Below the pieces are notes generated by a model, which had not been told where the DNA came from, made no database searches, and was given only the letters and a program-made list of their open reading frames with translations. Both the position numbers and the translations under genes were made by a program. Positions 45,727-55,080 of a DNA stretch of 64,000 nt are shown here, piece by piece. This DNA is from an uncultured Phycisphaerales bacterium (GTDB lineage Bacteria > Planctomycetota > Phycisphaerae > Sedimentisphaerales > Anaerobacaceae): the NCBI GenBank assembly GCA_963718665.1, contig OY970359.1, positions 320,001 to 384,000 on the forward strand, read 5' to 3'. Positions within the stretch are counted from its first letter, which is position 1; the number at the start of each line of letters is the position of its first letter.

Positions 45727-46767
45727 ATGAGAACAGTAACAATCGACAAAAACGCTTTCAGGCGGTTTGTGGATGAAATCATAAAACAGCAGCGAGTCAT
45801 CGGCGTCTGCGCCAAGGGCGACCGTTTCGATTTTGAGCAGCTCGAATCCGCCGACCAGCTTCGACTGGATTATGACGTAACGCTTCAGCCGCCGAAAAAA
45901 TACTTCCTGCCTCCGGTTGAAACGCTGCTGACTTTCGAAGTCGGCGACGGCTACAAGTCGGTTTACGATGATACCGCGTTTGTCCTTCTGGGCGTTCATC
46001 CTTATGATATGGTGGCGTTAAATCAGCTTGACAAGCTTTTCAGCCAGGATAATTACGATACCCACTATATGAAAAGACGTCATAACGCAACGATAGTCGC
46101 CTGCGACGTGATTTCACCATCCAAAAACGTATTTGCCTCCTCGATGGGCACGGCGACTGTCAAGGATGGTTTTGACGTTCTGCTGACCGATATAGGCAAC
46201 GCGTTTGTTATGGAAAGCGGCTCAAAGAAAGGTGATAGCTTTATCGCCAAAGCACAGGGCGCGGCTGACTCAAGCGAAAAGGACCTGCAGGCAAGGCATA
46301 AATTTCAGGCAGAAAACGAAAAACGGCTTAATAATCACAAACTCAAATGCGAGGCATCCTATCTGCCCAAACTGCTCGAAGAGGCATACGACCACCCTGT
46401 CTGGGAAGAAAAGGCCAAGACCTGCTTTAGCTGCGGCTCGTGCAATCTCGTCTGCCCGACCTGCTACTGCTTCAACGTGCAGGACGACGTAAACTGGGAC
46501 TTCATATCGGGCAAAAGACAGCGGGCCTGGGATGGCTGCCTGCTTGATGGTTTCACGAAAGTGGCGGGCGAGCACGAATTCAGGAAGAAACGAGCTGACC
46601 GCTTCAGGCACCGCCTGTATCGAAAATGCAAATACGTGCCCGAAAAAATAAGCAGCCAGATAATGTCATGCGTCGGGTGCGGGCGATGCGTGGGCGCGTG
46701 CCTGCCGGATATCGCAAACCCGGTCAAGGTTTACAACAGGTTAGTTGACGATTTGGGAATAAAGTAA
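45727..46767 (+). CDS. Group 3b [NiFe]-hydrogenase (sulfhydrogenase) beta subunit, Fe-S
   Basis: CFSCGSCNLVCPTCYC and CVGCGRCVGAC. Confidence 0.9.
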   Translation: MRTVTIDKNAFRRFVDEIIKQQRVIGVCAKGDRFDFEQLESADQLRLDYDVTLQPPKKYFLPPVETLLTFEVGDGYKSVYDDTAFVLLGVHPYDMVALNQLDKLFSQDNYDTHYMKRRHNATIVACDVISPSKNVFASSMGTATVKDGFDVLLTDIGNAFVMESGSKKGDSFIAKAQGAADSSEKDLQARHKFQAENEKRLNNHKLKCEASYLPKLLEEAYDHPVWEEKAKTCFSCGSCNLVCPTCYCFNVQDDVNWDFISGKRQRAWDGCLLDGFTKVAGEHEFRKKRADRFRHRLYRKCKYVPEKISSQIMSCVGCGRCVGACLPDIANPVKVYNRLVDDLGIK

Positions 46768-46810
46768 TTCAAGTCGAGCGATTCGACATAAAAATATAGG
46801 AGCGTTAACA

Positions 46811-47653
46811 ATGTGTGAACGTTGTGTTATCGAAAAAGACATTTACCTGCCCCGGCTGGCAACCCTCGAAAAAAAGCGGCTGATGAACCCGACCGAGATG
46901 TATCTTCGGCTGTCAATCGATGACAGCGAGCCGTTTGACTTTATCCCGGGCCAGTTCGTCGAGGTATCAATCGCGGGCGTGGGCGAGGCGCCGGTTACAA
47001 TATCATCATCCCCTACGCAAAAGGGCTACTTCGAGCTGGTCGTCCGCAGAATCGGCAACGTTACCAACGCGATTCATCGGCTAAGAATCGGCGACAAAAT
47101 CGGGATACGAGGCCCGCTGGGAAAAGGCACATACCCGGTGGAAGAGGCAAAGGGCAAAAATGTCGTGTTTATCTGCGGCGGCATCGGGCTGGTGTCCCAA
47201 AGGTCTTTTATCAACTACATCCTCGATAACCGTGCCGATTACAAAGAGCTTGCTGTCCTGCTCGGAACAAAGTGTCTGTCGCAAAGGTTCTTCCACTCGG
47301 AGCTCGACGCCTGGTCGCACAGGAGCGACATACGATTTATGGAAACAATCGACCAGACCGACGACTGCTGGCTCGGCAACGTCGGCGTCGTTACCACCCT
47401 TATTCCAAAAATTGAAACTGAGCTTCAGTCGGCGCTGGTTTTTATCTGCGGGCCGCCGGTTATGTATAAATTCGTGCTGATGGCCCTGCAGGAAGCGGAA
47501 GTGCCCAGAGAAAGAATATTCCTGAACCTCGAAAGAAAAATGAAATGCGGCGTAGGCAAGTGCGGGCACTGCCAGATTAACAATTATTATGCCTGTATAG
47601 ACGGGCCGGTATTCCGTTATTCCGACCTGCGTATAGCCCCGGAGGCAATCTGA
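46811..47653 (+). CDS. Group 3b hydrogenase gamma subunit (FAD/NAD(P)-binding)
   Basis: PGQFV, GGIGL, CGPPVM, LERKMKCGVGKCGHC and C.DGPVF. Confidence 0.9.
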   Translation: MCERCVIEKDIYLPRLATLEKKRLMNPTEMYLRLSIDDSEPFDFIPGQFVEVSIAGVGEAPVTISSSPTQKGYFELVVRRIGNVTNAIHRLRIGDKIGIRGPLGKGTYPVEEAKGKNVVFICGGIGLVSQRSFINYILDNRADYKELAVLLGTKCLSQRFFHSELDAWSHRSDIRFMETIDQTDDCWLGNVGVVTTLIPKIETELQSALVFICGPPVMYKFVLMALQEAEVPRERIFLNLERKMKCGVGKCGHCQINNYYACIDGPVFRYSDLRIAPEAI

Positions 47654-47654
47654 T

Positions 47655-48404
47655 ATGGACAGACCAAGAGTAGCGATTTTCGACTTCGCCTGCTGTGAAG
47701 GATGCCAGTTGCAAATCGTCAACCTCGAAGAGGAGCTGCTTGACCTCATCGATAACGTTGACGTGGTCGAATGGCGAGAGGCGATGAGCGAGCAAAGCCA
47801 CGAATACGACATCGCCATAATCGAGGGGTCAATTACCAGGCCCGAAGACGAGCAACGATTAGAGATTATCAGGACAAGGGCAAAGACGCTAATCGCTCTT
47901 GGCGCCTGCGCCACAATCGGCGGAATCAACAAGCTTAAGAACAACTTTGAGATGAACGACGTTAAAAAGTGTGTTTACGGCAAGTCGGCCGATATGCCTC
48001 ATCTTGAAACTATGCCGACAAAAGCGGTGGATGAGGTGGTCAAGGTGGATTTCAAAATCCACGGCTGCCCGATAGACAGGAAGGAATTCAGTTATGTTGT
48101 TCGCTGCCTGCTTATGGGCAAAAAACCGGAGATACCCGAATGGCCCGTATGCGTGGAATGCAAATCGAAAGGCAACCCGTGCCTGTGGGACTATGGGCAG
48201 GTTTGCCTGGGGCCTATTATCAGGGCCGGCTGCGGCGCAAGATGCCCGTCGTCGGGCTTCAGATGTTTCGGTTGTCGGGGCTACATCGATAACCCGAACG
48301 TCAATGGCGCAAAGGATGTTATTGAACGATATGGCTTGAGCGTCGATGCGCTCAAGGCAAAGATGGTTCTTTTTGGAATCGGTCAGGGGCCAACAAATGC
48401 ATAA
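47655..48404 (+). CDS. Group 3b hydrogenase delta (small) subunit
   Basis: CCEGCQ, GACA..GG, HGCP, CVEC, CLGP..RAGC.A.CP and CFGCRG. Confidence 0.92.
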   Translation: MDRPRVAIFDFACCEGCQLQIVNLEEELLDLIDNVDVVEWREAMSEQSHEYDIAIIEGSITRPEDEQRLEIIRTRAKTLIALGACATIGGINKLKNNFEMNDVKKCVYGKSADMPHLETMPTKAVDEVVKVDFKIHGCPIDRKEFSYVVRCLLMGKKPEIPEWPVCVECKSKGNPCLWDYGQVCLGPIIRAGCGARCPSSGFRCFGCRGYIDNPNVNGAKDVIERYGLSVDALKAKMVLFGIGQGPTNA

Positions 48405-49707
48405 CAATCTCGATATCAACGTTCATCATATAACCCGCGTCGAAGGACACGGCAACATAGTCGTAAACGTGAAAAACGGCAAAATCGAAAAGCTCCAGTG
48501 GCAGGTGTCCGAGGCGCCGCGATTCTTCGAGGCGATGGTCCGGGGTCATAGCTACCAGGACATACAAACGATTGTCTCGCGAATCTGCGGGATATGCTCA
48601 ATCACGCATTCGCTGGCCGCGACCAAGGCGGTCGAATCCGCGCTGGGCATAAAGGTTTCCGAACAGGCGGATAAGCTCCGAATACTGATGCATTACTCTG
48701 AGCAACTGCAAAGCCATACCCTGCACGTCGGATACCTGGCTGCACCGGATTTCTTCGGCACGCCATCCGTTGTGCCTCTCGTCGCCAGGGCGACGGACAC
48801 CGTAAAAACGATTGTCAAGGCGCACAGAATCGCCAATACCTGGTCGGACCTCATCGCCGGTAGAACGACTCACCCTGTAACGCTCATCCCCGGCGGCTTG
48901 ACCCGAATACCAACTGAAAAACAGTTACGCCAATTACAGCAGACGCTCAAAGATGCTGTGCCCGACCTCAAAAAAATCGCCGAGGTGGTTTTAAGCGTCG
49001 TGGCAAACATCCCCAAATTTGAACGCCCCACCGAATACGTATCGCTCAAACAGACCACCCCGCCGACATACACCTTCTATCACGGCGGCGTAACATCCAA
49101 CGACAACAAAGGCGCGGTTGTGCCCGTTGAAAAATGGCACGACGTCGCGAACGAATACATGGTTGAGCAATCGACGGCAAAATGGGCAAAGTGGCATCGT
49201 GACGCATACGCGGTCGGCGCGCTGGCAAGATTCAACAACAACGCCGAATTGCTTAGCCCGATGGCCAAAGACGCCGCCAAGACATTCGGACTCCAAAAGG
49301 GCTGCTGCAACCCGTATATGAATACTGTCGCCCAGCTTGTCGAGTGCTTCCACGTCGTTGAGACAAGTATCGAAATTATTGACCAGCTGCTGACCCGTGG
49401 CCTGAAGACGGAAAAAGTTATATCCTCGCCCAAGGCCGGCAAAGGCGCCGGATGCGTCGAGGCGCCTCGCGGGATACTGTTCCACGAATACGAATTCGAC
49501 AAGAACGGCAAATGCGTCGCTGCCGATATTTGCATCCCGACGAACCAGAACCACGCCAATGTACAGAAAGATTTCGAAAAGCTGCTTCCTGAAATCCTGG
49601 ACCAGAGCGAAAAGGACATTCGACTGAAACTTGAAATGTTAGTTCGCTCTTATGACCCGTGCATCTCCTGCTCAACGCATTTCCTCAACGTGCAGTTTGT
49701 GAGGTAA
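48397..49707 (+). CDS. Group 3b [NiFe]-hydrogenase alpha (large) subunit
   Basis: TRVEGHG, L1 SRICGICS, L2 YDPCISCSTH and a short cleavable C-terminal tail. Confidence 0.95.
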   Translation: MHNNLDINVHHITRVEGHGNIVVNVKNGKIEKLQWQVSEAPRFFEAMVRGHSYQDIQTIVSRICGICSITHSLAATKAVESALGIKVSEQADKLRILMHYSEQLQSHTLHVGYLAAPDFFGTPSVVPLVARATDTVKTIVKAHRIANTWSDLIAGRTTHPVTLIPGGLTRIPTEKQLRQLQQTLKDAVPDLKKIAEVVLSVVANIPKFERPTEYVSLKQTTPPTYTFYHGGVTSNDNKGAVVPVEKWHDVANEYMVEQSTAKWAKWHRDAYAVGALARFNNNAELLSPMAKDAAKTFGLQKGCCNPYMNTVAQLVECFHVVETSIEIIDQLLTRGLKTEKVISSPKAGKGAGCVEAPRGILFHEYEFDKNGKCVAADICIPTNQNHANVQKDFEKLLPEILDQSEKDIRLKLEMLVRSYDPCISCSTHFLNVQFVR

Positions 49708-49711
49708 ATTC

Positions 49712-49783
49712 ACCGCCGAGCACGCTGAGACCGCAGAGGAAAAAATCCAAAATAACCTCTGCGTGCTTTGCGAACTCTGCGGT
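49712..49783. repeat. REP-like palindrome with triplicated 9-nt arms
   Basis: ACCGCCGAG-CACGCTGAG-ACCGCAGAG...CTCTGCGTG-CTTTGCGAA-CTCTGCGGT. Confidence 0.75.
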
Positions 49784-49794
49784 AAAAAAGCTGT

Positions 49795-50268
49795 GTGACA
49801 AATCAAACGCCCAAAAAGGATACAGTCGTCATAGGACTTGGCAATCTGCTGTTGTCCGATGAGGGCATAGGTATTCATTTAATCCGAAAGCTTTCTGAGC
49901 ATCAGGACAAATTCTCTTCCGTTGAATTCATCGACGCGGGCACGGGCGGAATGAATGTTCTGCATTTAATCGCAAACCGCAAAAAGACCATTATCATCGA
50001 CTGTGTTAAAATGGGTAAGAAGCCGGGAACAATCAAGCGATTCGAGCCGACTGACGCCCAAACCACGAAAAAAATGACGCACTTTTCCCTTCACGAGGCG
50101 GATATCCTGCAAGTTATAAATTTATCCGTACAGCTCGGAGAATGTCCGAACCAGATAGTGATTTTCGGCATTGAGCCGGAATCGCTTGAGTTGGGCCAAA
50201 AACTGAGCAAAACGCTCTCCGACGGAATTGACAATTACTCAATCGACATCTGCAAAGAACTTCGCTAA
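49795..50268 (+). CDS. Hydrogenase maturation protease
   Basis: GLGNLLLSDEGIG, IDAGT and HFSLHE. Confidence 0.93.
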   Translation: MTNQTPKKDTVVIGLGNLLLSDEGIGIHLIRKLSEHQDKFSSVEFIDAGTGGMNVLHLIANRKKTIIIDCVKMGKKPGTIKRFEPTDAQTTKKMTHFSLHEADILQVINLSVQLGECPNQIVIFGIEPESLELGQKLSKTLSDGIDNYSIDICKELR

Positions 50269-50315
50269 GATTTCTGCAATATATAAACATCATCAACCGT
50301 CATAGATTGTGAATT

Positions 50316-50960
50316 ATGAAACCTGCAGGCAACGAAAAACTGGGCCGGGCCTTTACGCTCGTGGAATTACTGGTGGTCATCAGTGTAATCGGGCTTTTAA
50401 TGGCAATACTGCTTCCTGCGCTCGGCAGAGCCAGGGGCGTTGCAAAACGAACCTACTGTGAGTCAAATCTTCGGCAAATCGGCGTCGCGATCAGGGCATA
50501 TCTTGACGATAACCGCGATATATTTCCCCTTGCCTGTGCCTACCCGTGGTCTATTACTGACCCAACTAACCCTGGTTACCTTCCGCCTATAACAAATTTC
50601 TTAGGCCCCCTCCTGAAAAATCCAAAGGTCTTTATCTGCCCCGCGGATACCACCACCCCTACACCCCCTTACTCCCCCTATTACTCAAGAACTGGAAATA
50701 CCAGTTATTGCTACCGAGGTTACCCGGAGCCGCCGCCCATCCCGCCAACTTCATGTTATCAAATAGACGGCCTGGGTGGAATAACAATATACCAGTCATG
50801 CGATGCCCAGCAGGGCATCAAACTGAACAACATAGAAGTTATGAGTGATTTTGACAAAGTTCACCCGGGATATACGGGGACATTCAGGAAAAGGGTCGGT
50901 CAGAAAAACTATTTGTTTGCCGACTGGCATGTCGGCAACTATAAAAACCAGGACCAGTAA
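50316..50960 (+). CDS. Prepilin-type N-terminal protein (DUF1559/H-X9-DG-like)
   Basis: RAFTLVELLVVISVIGLLMAILLPALGRAR...C.SNLRQIG, FICPAD and NYLFADWHV. Confidence 0.88.
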   Translation: MKPAGNEKLGRAFTLVELLVVISVIGLLMAILLPALGRARGVAKRTYCESNLRQIGVAIRAYLDDNRDIFPLACAYPWSITDPTNPGYLPPITNFLGPLLKNPKVFICPADTTTPTPPYSPYYSRTGNTSYCYRGYPEPPPIPPTSCYQIDGLGGITIYQSCDAQQGIKLNNIEVMSDFDKVHPGYTGTFRKRVGQKNYLFADWHVGNYKNQDQ

Positions 50961-50963
50961 AAT

Positions 50964-51561
50964 ATGACAAAGAAAAATAAAAAAATTCTGATAGCAGTAA
51001 TCGTTTTGGTTATCGGTGCGGCAATTGCTATAACGATGGCAGTCAGTCATTACAGCAAACCCGATTTCACAAAAATGTCCCCTCAGCAGATTCGCCAGTA
51101 TTTCGATTCCAACGAGTTCAGGGACGCAAACGAGGACAAAAGACGGGAAGCATTCGAGCAGATGCGCGACGCAATGGAGACAAGGATGATAAATCGGGCA
51201 AATGAGTATGCCGCATTGTCCGCCGACGAAAAAACGGTTTACTTAGACAAGATAATCGATGAAATGGAGGCCCGGCGGGCGGCAAGAGACGCCAACGATG
51301 CCAACGGCCCGCCTGACCCGAACAGATTTCGAAGGTTCGGCCCTCAAGACCCCAATTCCCAGCGGCGACAGCAGGCCTTCCGCCAGCAGTTCCGCCAGCC
51401 GAATCCTGAAAGAAGAAGAGAACGCTCTTCAAGAATGAGGCGCTGATACGATGGTTAACATGATGCAATTCCGTCAGGATTTGATGAATCGTATGCAGGA
51501 ACGGGGCATACAGATGGGCCCAGGTCGAGGCGGCTTCGGCGGCCCTCCGCCAGGCAGATAA
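50964..51561 (+). pseudogene. Membrane-anchored R/Q/G/P-rich protein with a single-base frameshift near 51439
   Basis: Removing one G from ATGAGGCGCT gives ...RMSADTMVNMMQFRQDLMNRMQERGIQMGPGRGGFGGPPPGR*, ending at 51561. Confidence 0.65.
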
Positions 51562-51580
51562 CCAGACCTATTACATTACT

Positions 51581-51607
51581 GTCATTCCCTCGCAAGCGGG
51601 AATCCAA
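51581..51607. repeat. REP-like palindrome GTCATTCCC...GGGAATCCA
   Basis: GTCATTCCCTCGCAAGCGGGAATCCA forms a hairpin in the intergenic region. Confidence 0.6.
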
Positions 51608-52092
51608 ATATCATCATAAATCGCAGTCTATCCCACGGGGACGGGCTGCTTATATCAGTTGGTGCAAAGAGGTGATGTAACAACTTGCAATTTCTAAACC
51701 CTCAAATAGTCTCTTGCTGTCTTTCCCCCAAAAAATAATTGCAAAAAATCCGGAATAATCATCAACTTTTAGTGCTCTACAAACGCCTTTGAGTGTAGAG
51801 GCTTCTGAAAAACTGAGGCGCAACTTTTTTCGTGTTTCGCCAAAAATCTTTGAAAATACTATTGAGTTTTCGTAAAGAATTGCCGAAAGATATGCGAACA
51901 GCAACCGACAATACTAACCTGAATCTGAACGAAGCCTGCCGACAAAGCGCTGTTCGCACAGTTATCCCCCAAGCTGATTCCGCAGGTTTTTTTCAACATT
52001 ATGTTTCCTCCGACATAGAACAGGGCAGGGCAGGACGCGCCCTGTCCGCCATAATCTTTTTTTAATAATTCCAATATATGATGGAGGCTATC

Positions 52093-53382
52093 ATGAAAAA
52101 ATTAACAATTATATTATTAGTAATGTTGTGTCCAAAAATACTGCTTGGTGCGGGGATAACCATCATCTCAACACTGCTTGTCTCGCCCCTTCCAGAGAAT
52201 AGGTTTTGGGTGGAAAACAGCAATATGAAATGGGTATATGGCTTTGGAACGGGCTATCAGTCCTATTTACAGGATGCTGTTGGCGAGCCGATCGTGGCCA
52301 GAACAATCGCCTTCACAATAAAAGGCCACAACAACGGCGGAGCTTATATGCTGACAAACACTCCACCTTACACCAAAGTTTATGGACAGGATACCTTTGG
52401 CTCCGCGGGATGGCAGAAAACCTCTGGCAAGACGGGGGCTGACGGCTCAATGCTCGCCGGGGCAGGATATGGAAATCCAAACGTGTTTATGAGGGCGTGT
52501 GATTATTCGTCTTCTCCAGTATGCAATCCCCCACTGCCCGGCAACCCAACGCCTTTGGTCACAAGCGGCGGAACCGGATACGACTGTTCTGTGCTTGATA
52601 TAGAAATCGCCTTCAAAAAACTCGGCAAGGTGCTCTCTCAAAGCGCTTATATGTTTGTCGAACTTGTTGACGGCTCAAACATACAATGCCAATGGTGGTA
52701 CTCAGCGGATGCTTCTGTCAATTCAAATTCAACCTCTGCTTCTTCGTCCGCCGCTTCCAATCGCTCCATTGCCGTAAGCAGCACAGCCACGCTGACAGTT
52801 ATACCGACACTGCTCACGCCGCGAGCGTTCGCGGGAGCGGACACAGATAATGTGGTTGACGGGCCGCCGCAAGCGTTCGACATTTCTTCCGTTAATGGCT
52901 GGTGTCAATGGGTGCAGGGCTGCTATGTACAACGACTCTGTCTTATACCGGAATCTTTTGACGGCGATGAAGATAACAAGCCATACCGGACGCTTGACCA
53001 GTGTTCGCCGTATGTTTATGTTGAAACATTGCCCGGAACAGACGATAATCAGTGCATGATAATTTACAGCTTAACGGATTCAAATACTCTAATCGCCAGC
53101 ACGAATGTCACGATGCATAAGCAGGGCAGCAAGTTCGTCTCCGATTACATCGTACCCACCGATGAGCCGAATTATTCCGGCACGATTGTCGGGGAGTCAG
53201 GGCAGACTTACAAGGTGATTTTCGTGGAGGACGGCTGCCATTTGACTATACAGCCATTCACGCAGCCGCCGACCGATGTGGTGAATTTTACGGACTTTTC
53301 GAGGGAAGCGGCGTCTTATGAAACGGTGGACTCCGTGCTCCCTTTTTTCGGAAGGTACTTAAAAAATAAATATACACCGTAA
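52093..53382 (+). CDS. Secreted hypothetical protein
   Basis: SD GGAGG, signal peptide MKKLTIILLVML and a long clean ORF. Confidence 0.75.
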   Translation: MKKLTIILLVMLCPKILLGAGITIISTLLVSPLPENRFWVENSNMKWVYGFGTGYQSYLQDAVGEPIVARTIAFTIKGHNNGGAYMLTNTPPYTKVYGQDTFGSAGWQKTSGKTGADGSMLAGAGYGNPNVFMRACDYSSSPVCNPPLPGNPTPLVTSGGTGYDCSVLDIEIAFKKLGKVLSQSAYMFVELVDGSNIQCQWWYSADASVNSNSTSASSSAASNRSIAVSSTATLTVIPTLLTPRAFAGADTDNVVDGPPQAFDISSVNGWCQWVQGCYVQRLCLIPESFDGDEDNKPYRTLDQCSPYVYVETLPGTDDNQCMIIYSLTDSNTLIASTNVTMHKQGSKFVSDYIVPTDEPNYSGTIVGESGQTYKVIFVEDGCHLTIQPFTQPPTDVVNFTDFSREAASYETVDSVLPFFGRYLKNKYTP

Positions 53383-53396
53383 GGAGAAATAATTTA

Positions 53397-53889
53397 ATGG
53401 CAATCACGAAACAACATCTTAAAGACAGAAGCAAACACTACGGAGCAACCGATATAGTAACGCTGTTTGGGCTGAATCGCCTGTTTGGCTTGATAAATGG
53501 GGATATAAACACAGAATACGCTGACAATTCGTACCCCTATGTTTTCGTAAAATCCTTGTCCGGCACAACCGATCAGAACATGCTTTTGGTCAGCTACTCG
53601 AAAACAAACGACATAGTTTGCGCAACAAATATCGTCATGCACTACTCTGCGGGATTGTTTTATTCAGATTATTTTGTGGTTTCCTAGGAACCAAACTTGT
53701 TGGCTACATTTTATGATTCCGCAGGAAATATCTATCGCGGCGTATATGTTGAACCGAACGGCATGGTCGATGTATATTTCCGGCAGATTCAATTTACAGG
53801 ATTTCGCCAGAGAATCAGATGGAGTTTCCTGGGCTGGCCAAATGAACGGTTTTTTTGAGATATATTTGCGCAATAAACTCCTCCAGTGA
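53397..53889 (+). pseudogene. Degenerate tandem paralog of the C-terminal part of 52093..53382
   Basis: YPYVFVKSLSGT..TNIVMH..FYSDYFVVS*EPN aligns to PYVYVETLPGT..TNVTMH..FVSDYIVPTDEPN. After a frameshift, FNLQDFARE..FFEIYLRNK aligns to VNFTDFSRE..FFGRYLKNK. Confidence 0.75.
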
Positions 53890-54027
53890 TTCGAGCCAAA
53901 TCCTAAAGTGGCTCTCTAAATATAACAGGGTAGGCCAGCGTGGTGCGACTTATACCATGGAGTGAACTGGCCGAATCATTAAGGGATATGTACAAAAACA
54001 ACACCGACAAAGGCGGTGCCTCCAACT

Positions 54028-55071
54028 TTAATAACATTCGGCCGGGCCGAGGACCATTTTGTAAAGGCCTTTGTCAAAAAAGAATTGGCGAATACTTGTG
54101 CAAAGATGACACTTGCCCGCATACAACTTCGATTGCGTGTAACCGGCTTTGACTGCCTCGTCTAATAATCCCACCGGGCCTGAATTGAACAGCGTTTCAA
54201 TCAATTTATCGTTACTCGGCTGCCAGTTTTGCCAGATTTCAGCTAAAGGCCGTTTAGCGATATTTCCAACAATTATCCCGCTGCAGGTCCCGCTAAAAAT
54301 ATTGCCATAGGGGTCAATATGTACGCCTTTGGCGTCGAGAAATGCGTTCGAGCAATTTCGCGTTGCAATTTGTTCAACTGTCTGTGATGCGACTAATTCA
54401 GCAATTTTGCCAGCCGCCCTGCCTGTAAACCGGCAGGGGTAATCTTTCAATGCTTCAACATAGCCTTTGTTCCGCTCATCTGCTGTAATATTCTTCATCT
54501 CAACCGGCTTATCAAGATACTTTTCCCACCGAACCAGAACACGGTCCTGCCCAAGTAACTCCTTCGCTACGCTCGCCAGTCGTTTTACCAGCTCGATATC
54601 GACGTATTCCTGATGAAACGGGTCGCAACTGATTTTGAGCCGACGCACACCGAATTCATCGAGTGTTCTTACTCGCTCTTTGACAATCTTTTCATCAACT
54701 GCCCAAAAGCCGTTTGTTTCAATCATATCAACAGGACCAAGGTTGTTCTTTTTAGCTTCCCGCAGAATCTCAACTAAGTGTTCCCAGTATAAAAATGGCT
54801 CGCCTCCCGTAATATGAATTTTAGCGTTATCTCCCGCTAATTCTTTCAGCGATTGCCAGGCATTTATCGCCATATCGACCGGCATCAAGCCCCCGTTCTT
54901 CGCTGCGCTACGAAGGGCAGGCCCCTGCCGCGGCGAGCAGTTATAATAACAGAATTCGCATTTAGCGTTACATTGATACGTCAGCAGAAGGCCAGCGTTA
55001 CGCCAAATTTTGAACTTCGGCTCATCCCGCCCCGCCTGCTTATTATAATTGTTTCTTGAAAGCAAACTCAT
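54028..55071 (-). CDS. Radical SAM protein with a SPASM/twitch-like C-terminus
   Basis: [31 protein letters not shown] and CHLC. Confidence 0.9.
   Translation of the reverse strand: MSLLSRNNYNKQAGRDEPKFKIWRNAGLLLTYQCNAKCEFCYYNCSPRQGPALRSAAKNGGLMPVDMAINAWQSLKELAGDNAKIHITGGEPFLYWEHLVEILREAKKNNLGPVDMIETNGFWAVDEKIVKERVRTLDEFGVRRLKISCDPFHQEYVDIELVKRLASVAKELLGQDRVLVRWEKYLDKPVEMKNITADERNKGYVEALKDYPCRFTGRAAGKIAELVASQTVEQIATRNCSNAFLDAKGVHIDPYGNIFSGTCSGIIVGNIAKRPLAEIWQNWQPSNDKLIETLFNSGPVGLLDEAVKAGYTQSKLYAGKCHLCTSIRQFFFDKGLYKMVLGPAECY
54892..54921. repeat. 30-nt palindromic mini-element inserted in frame (copy 2)
   Basis: CCCGTTCTTCGCTGCGCTACGAAGGGCAGG adds [10 protein letters not shown] just after the CxxxCxxC motif. 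Confidence 0.75.
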
Positions 55072-55080
55072 AACCAGCGA

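Noticed and set aside
53685..53687. Pyrrolysine or stop-codon reassignment at an in-frame TAG
   Set aside because: TAG terminates intact genes elsewhere (e.g. eno), no pyl genes are seen, and the same ORF also has a frameshift.
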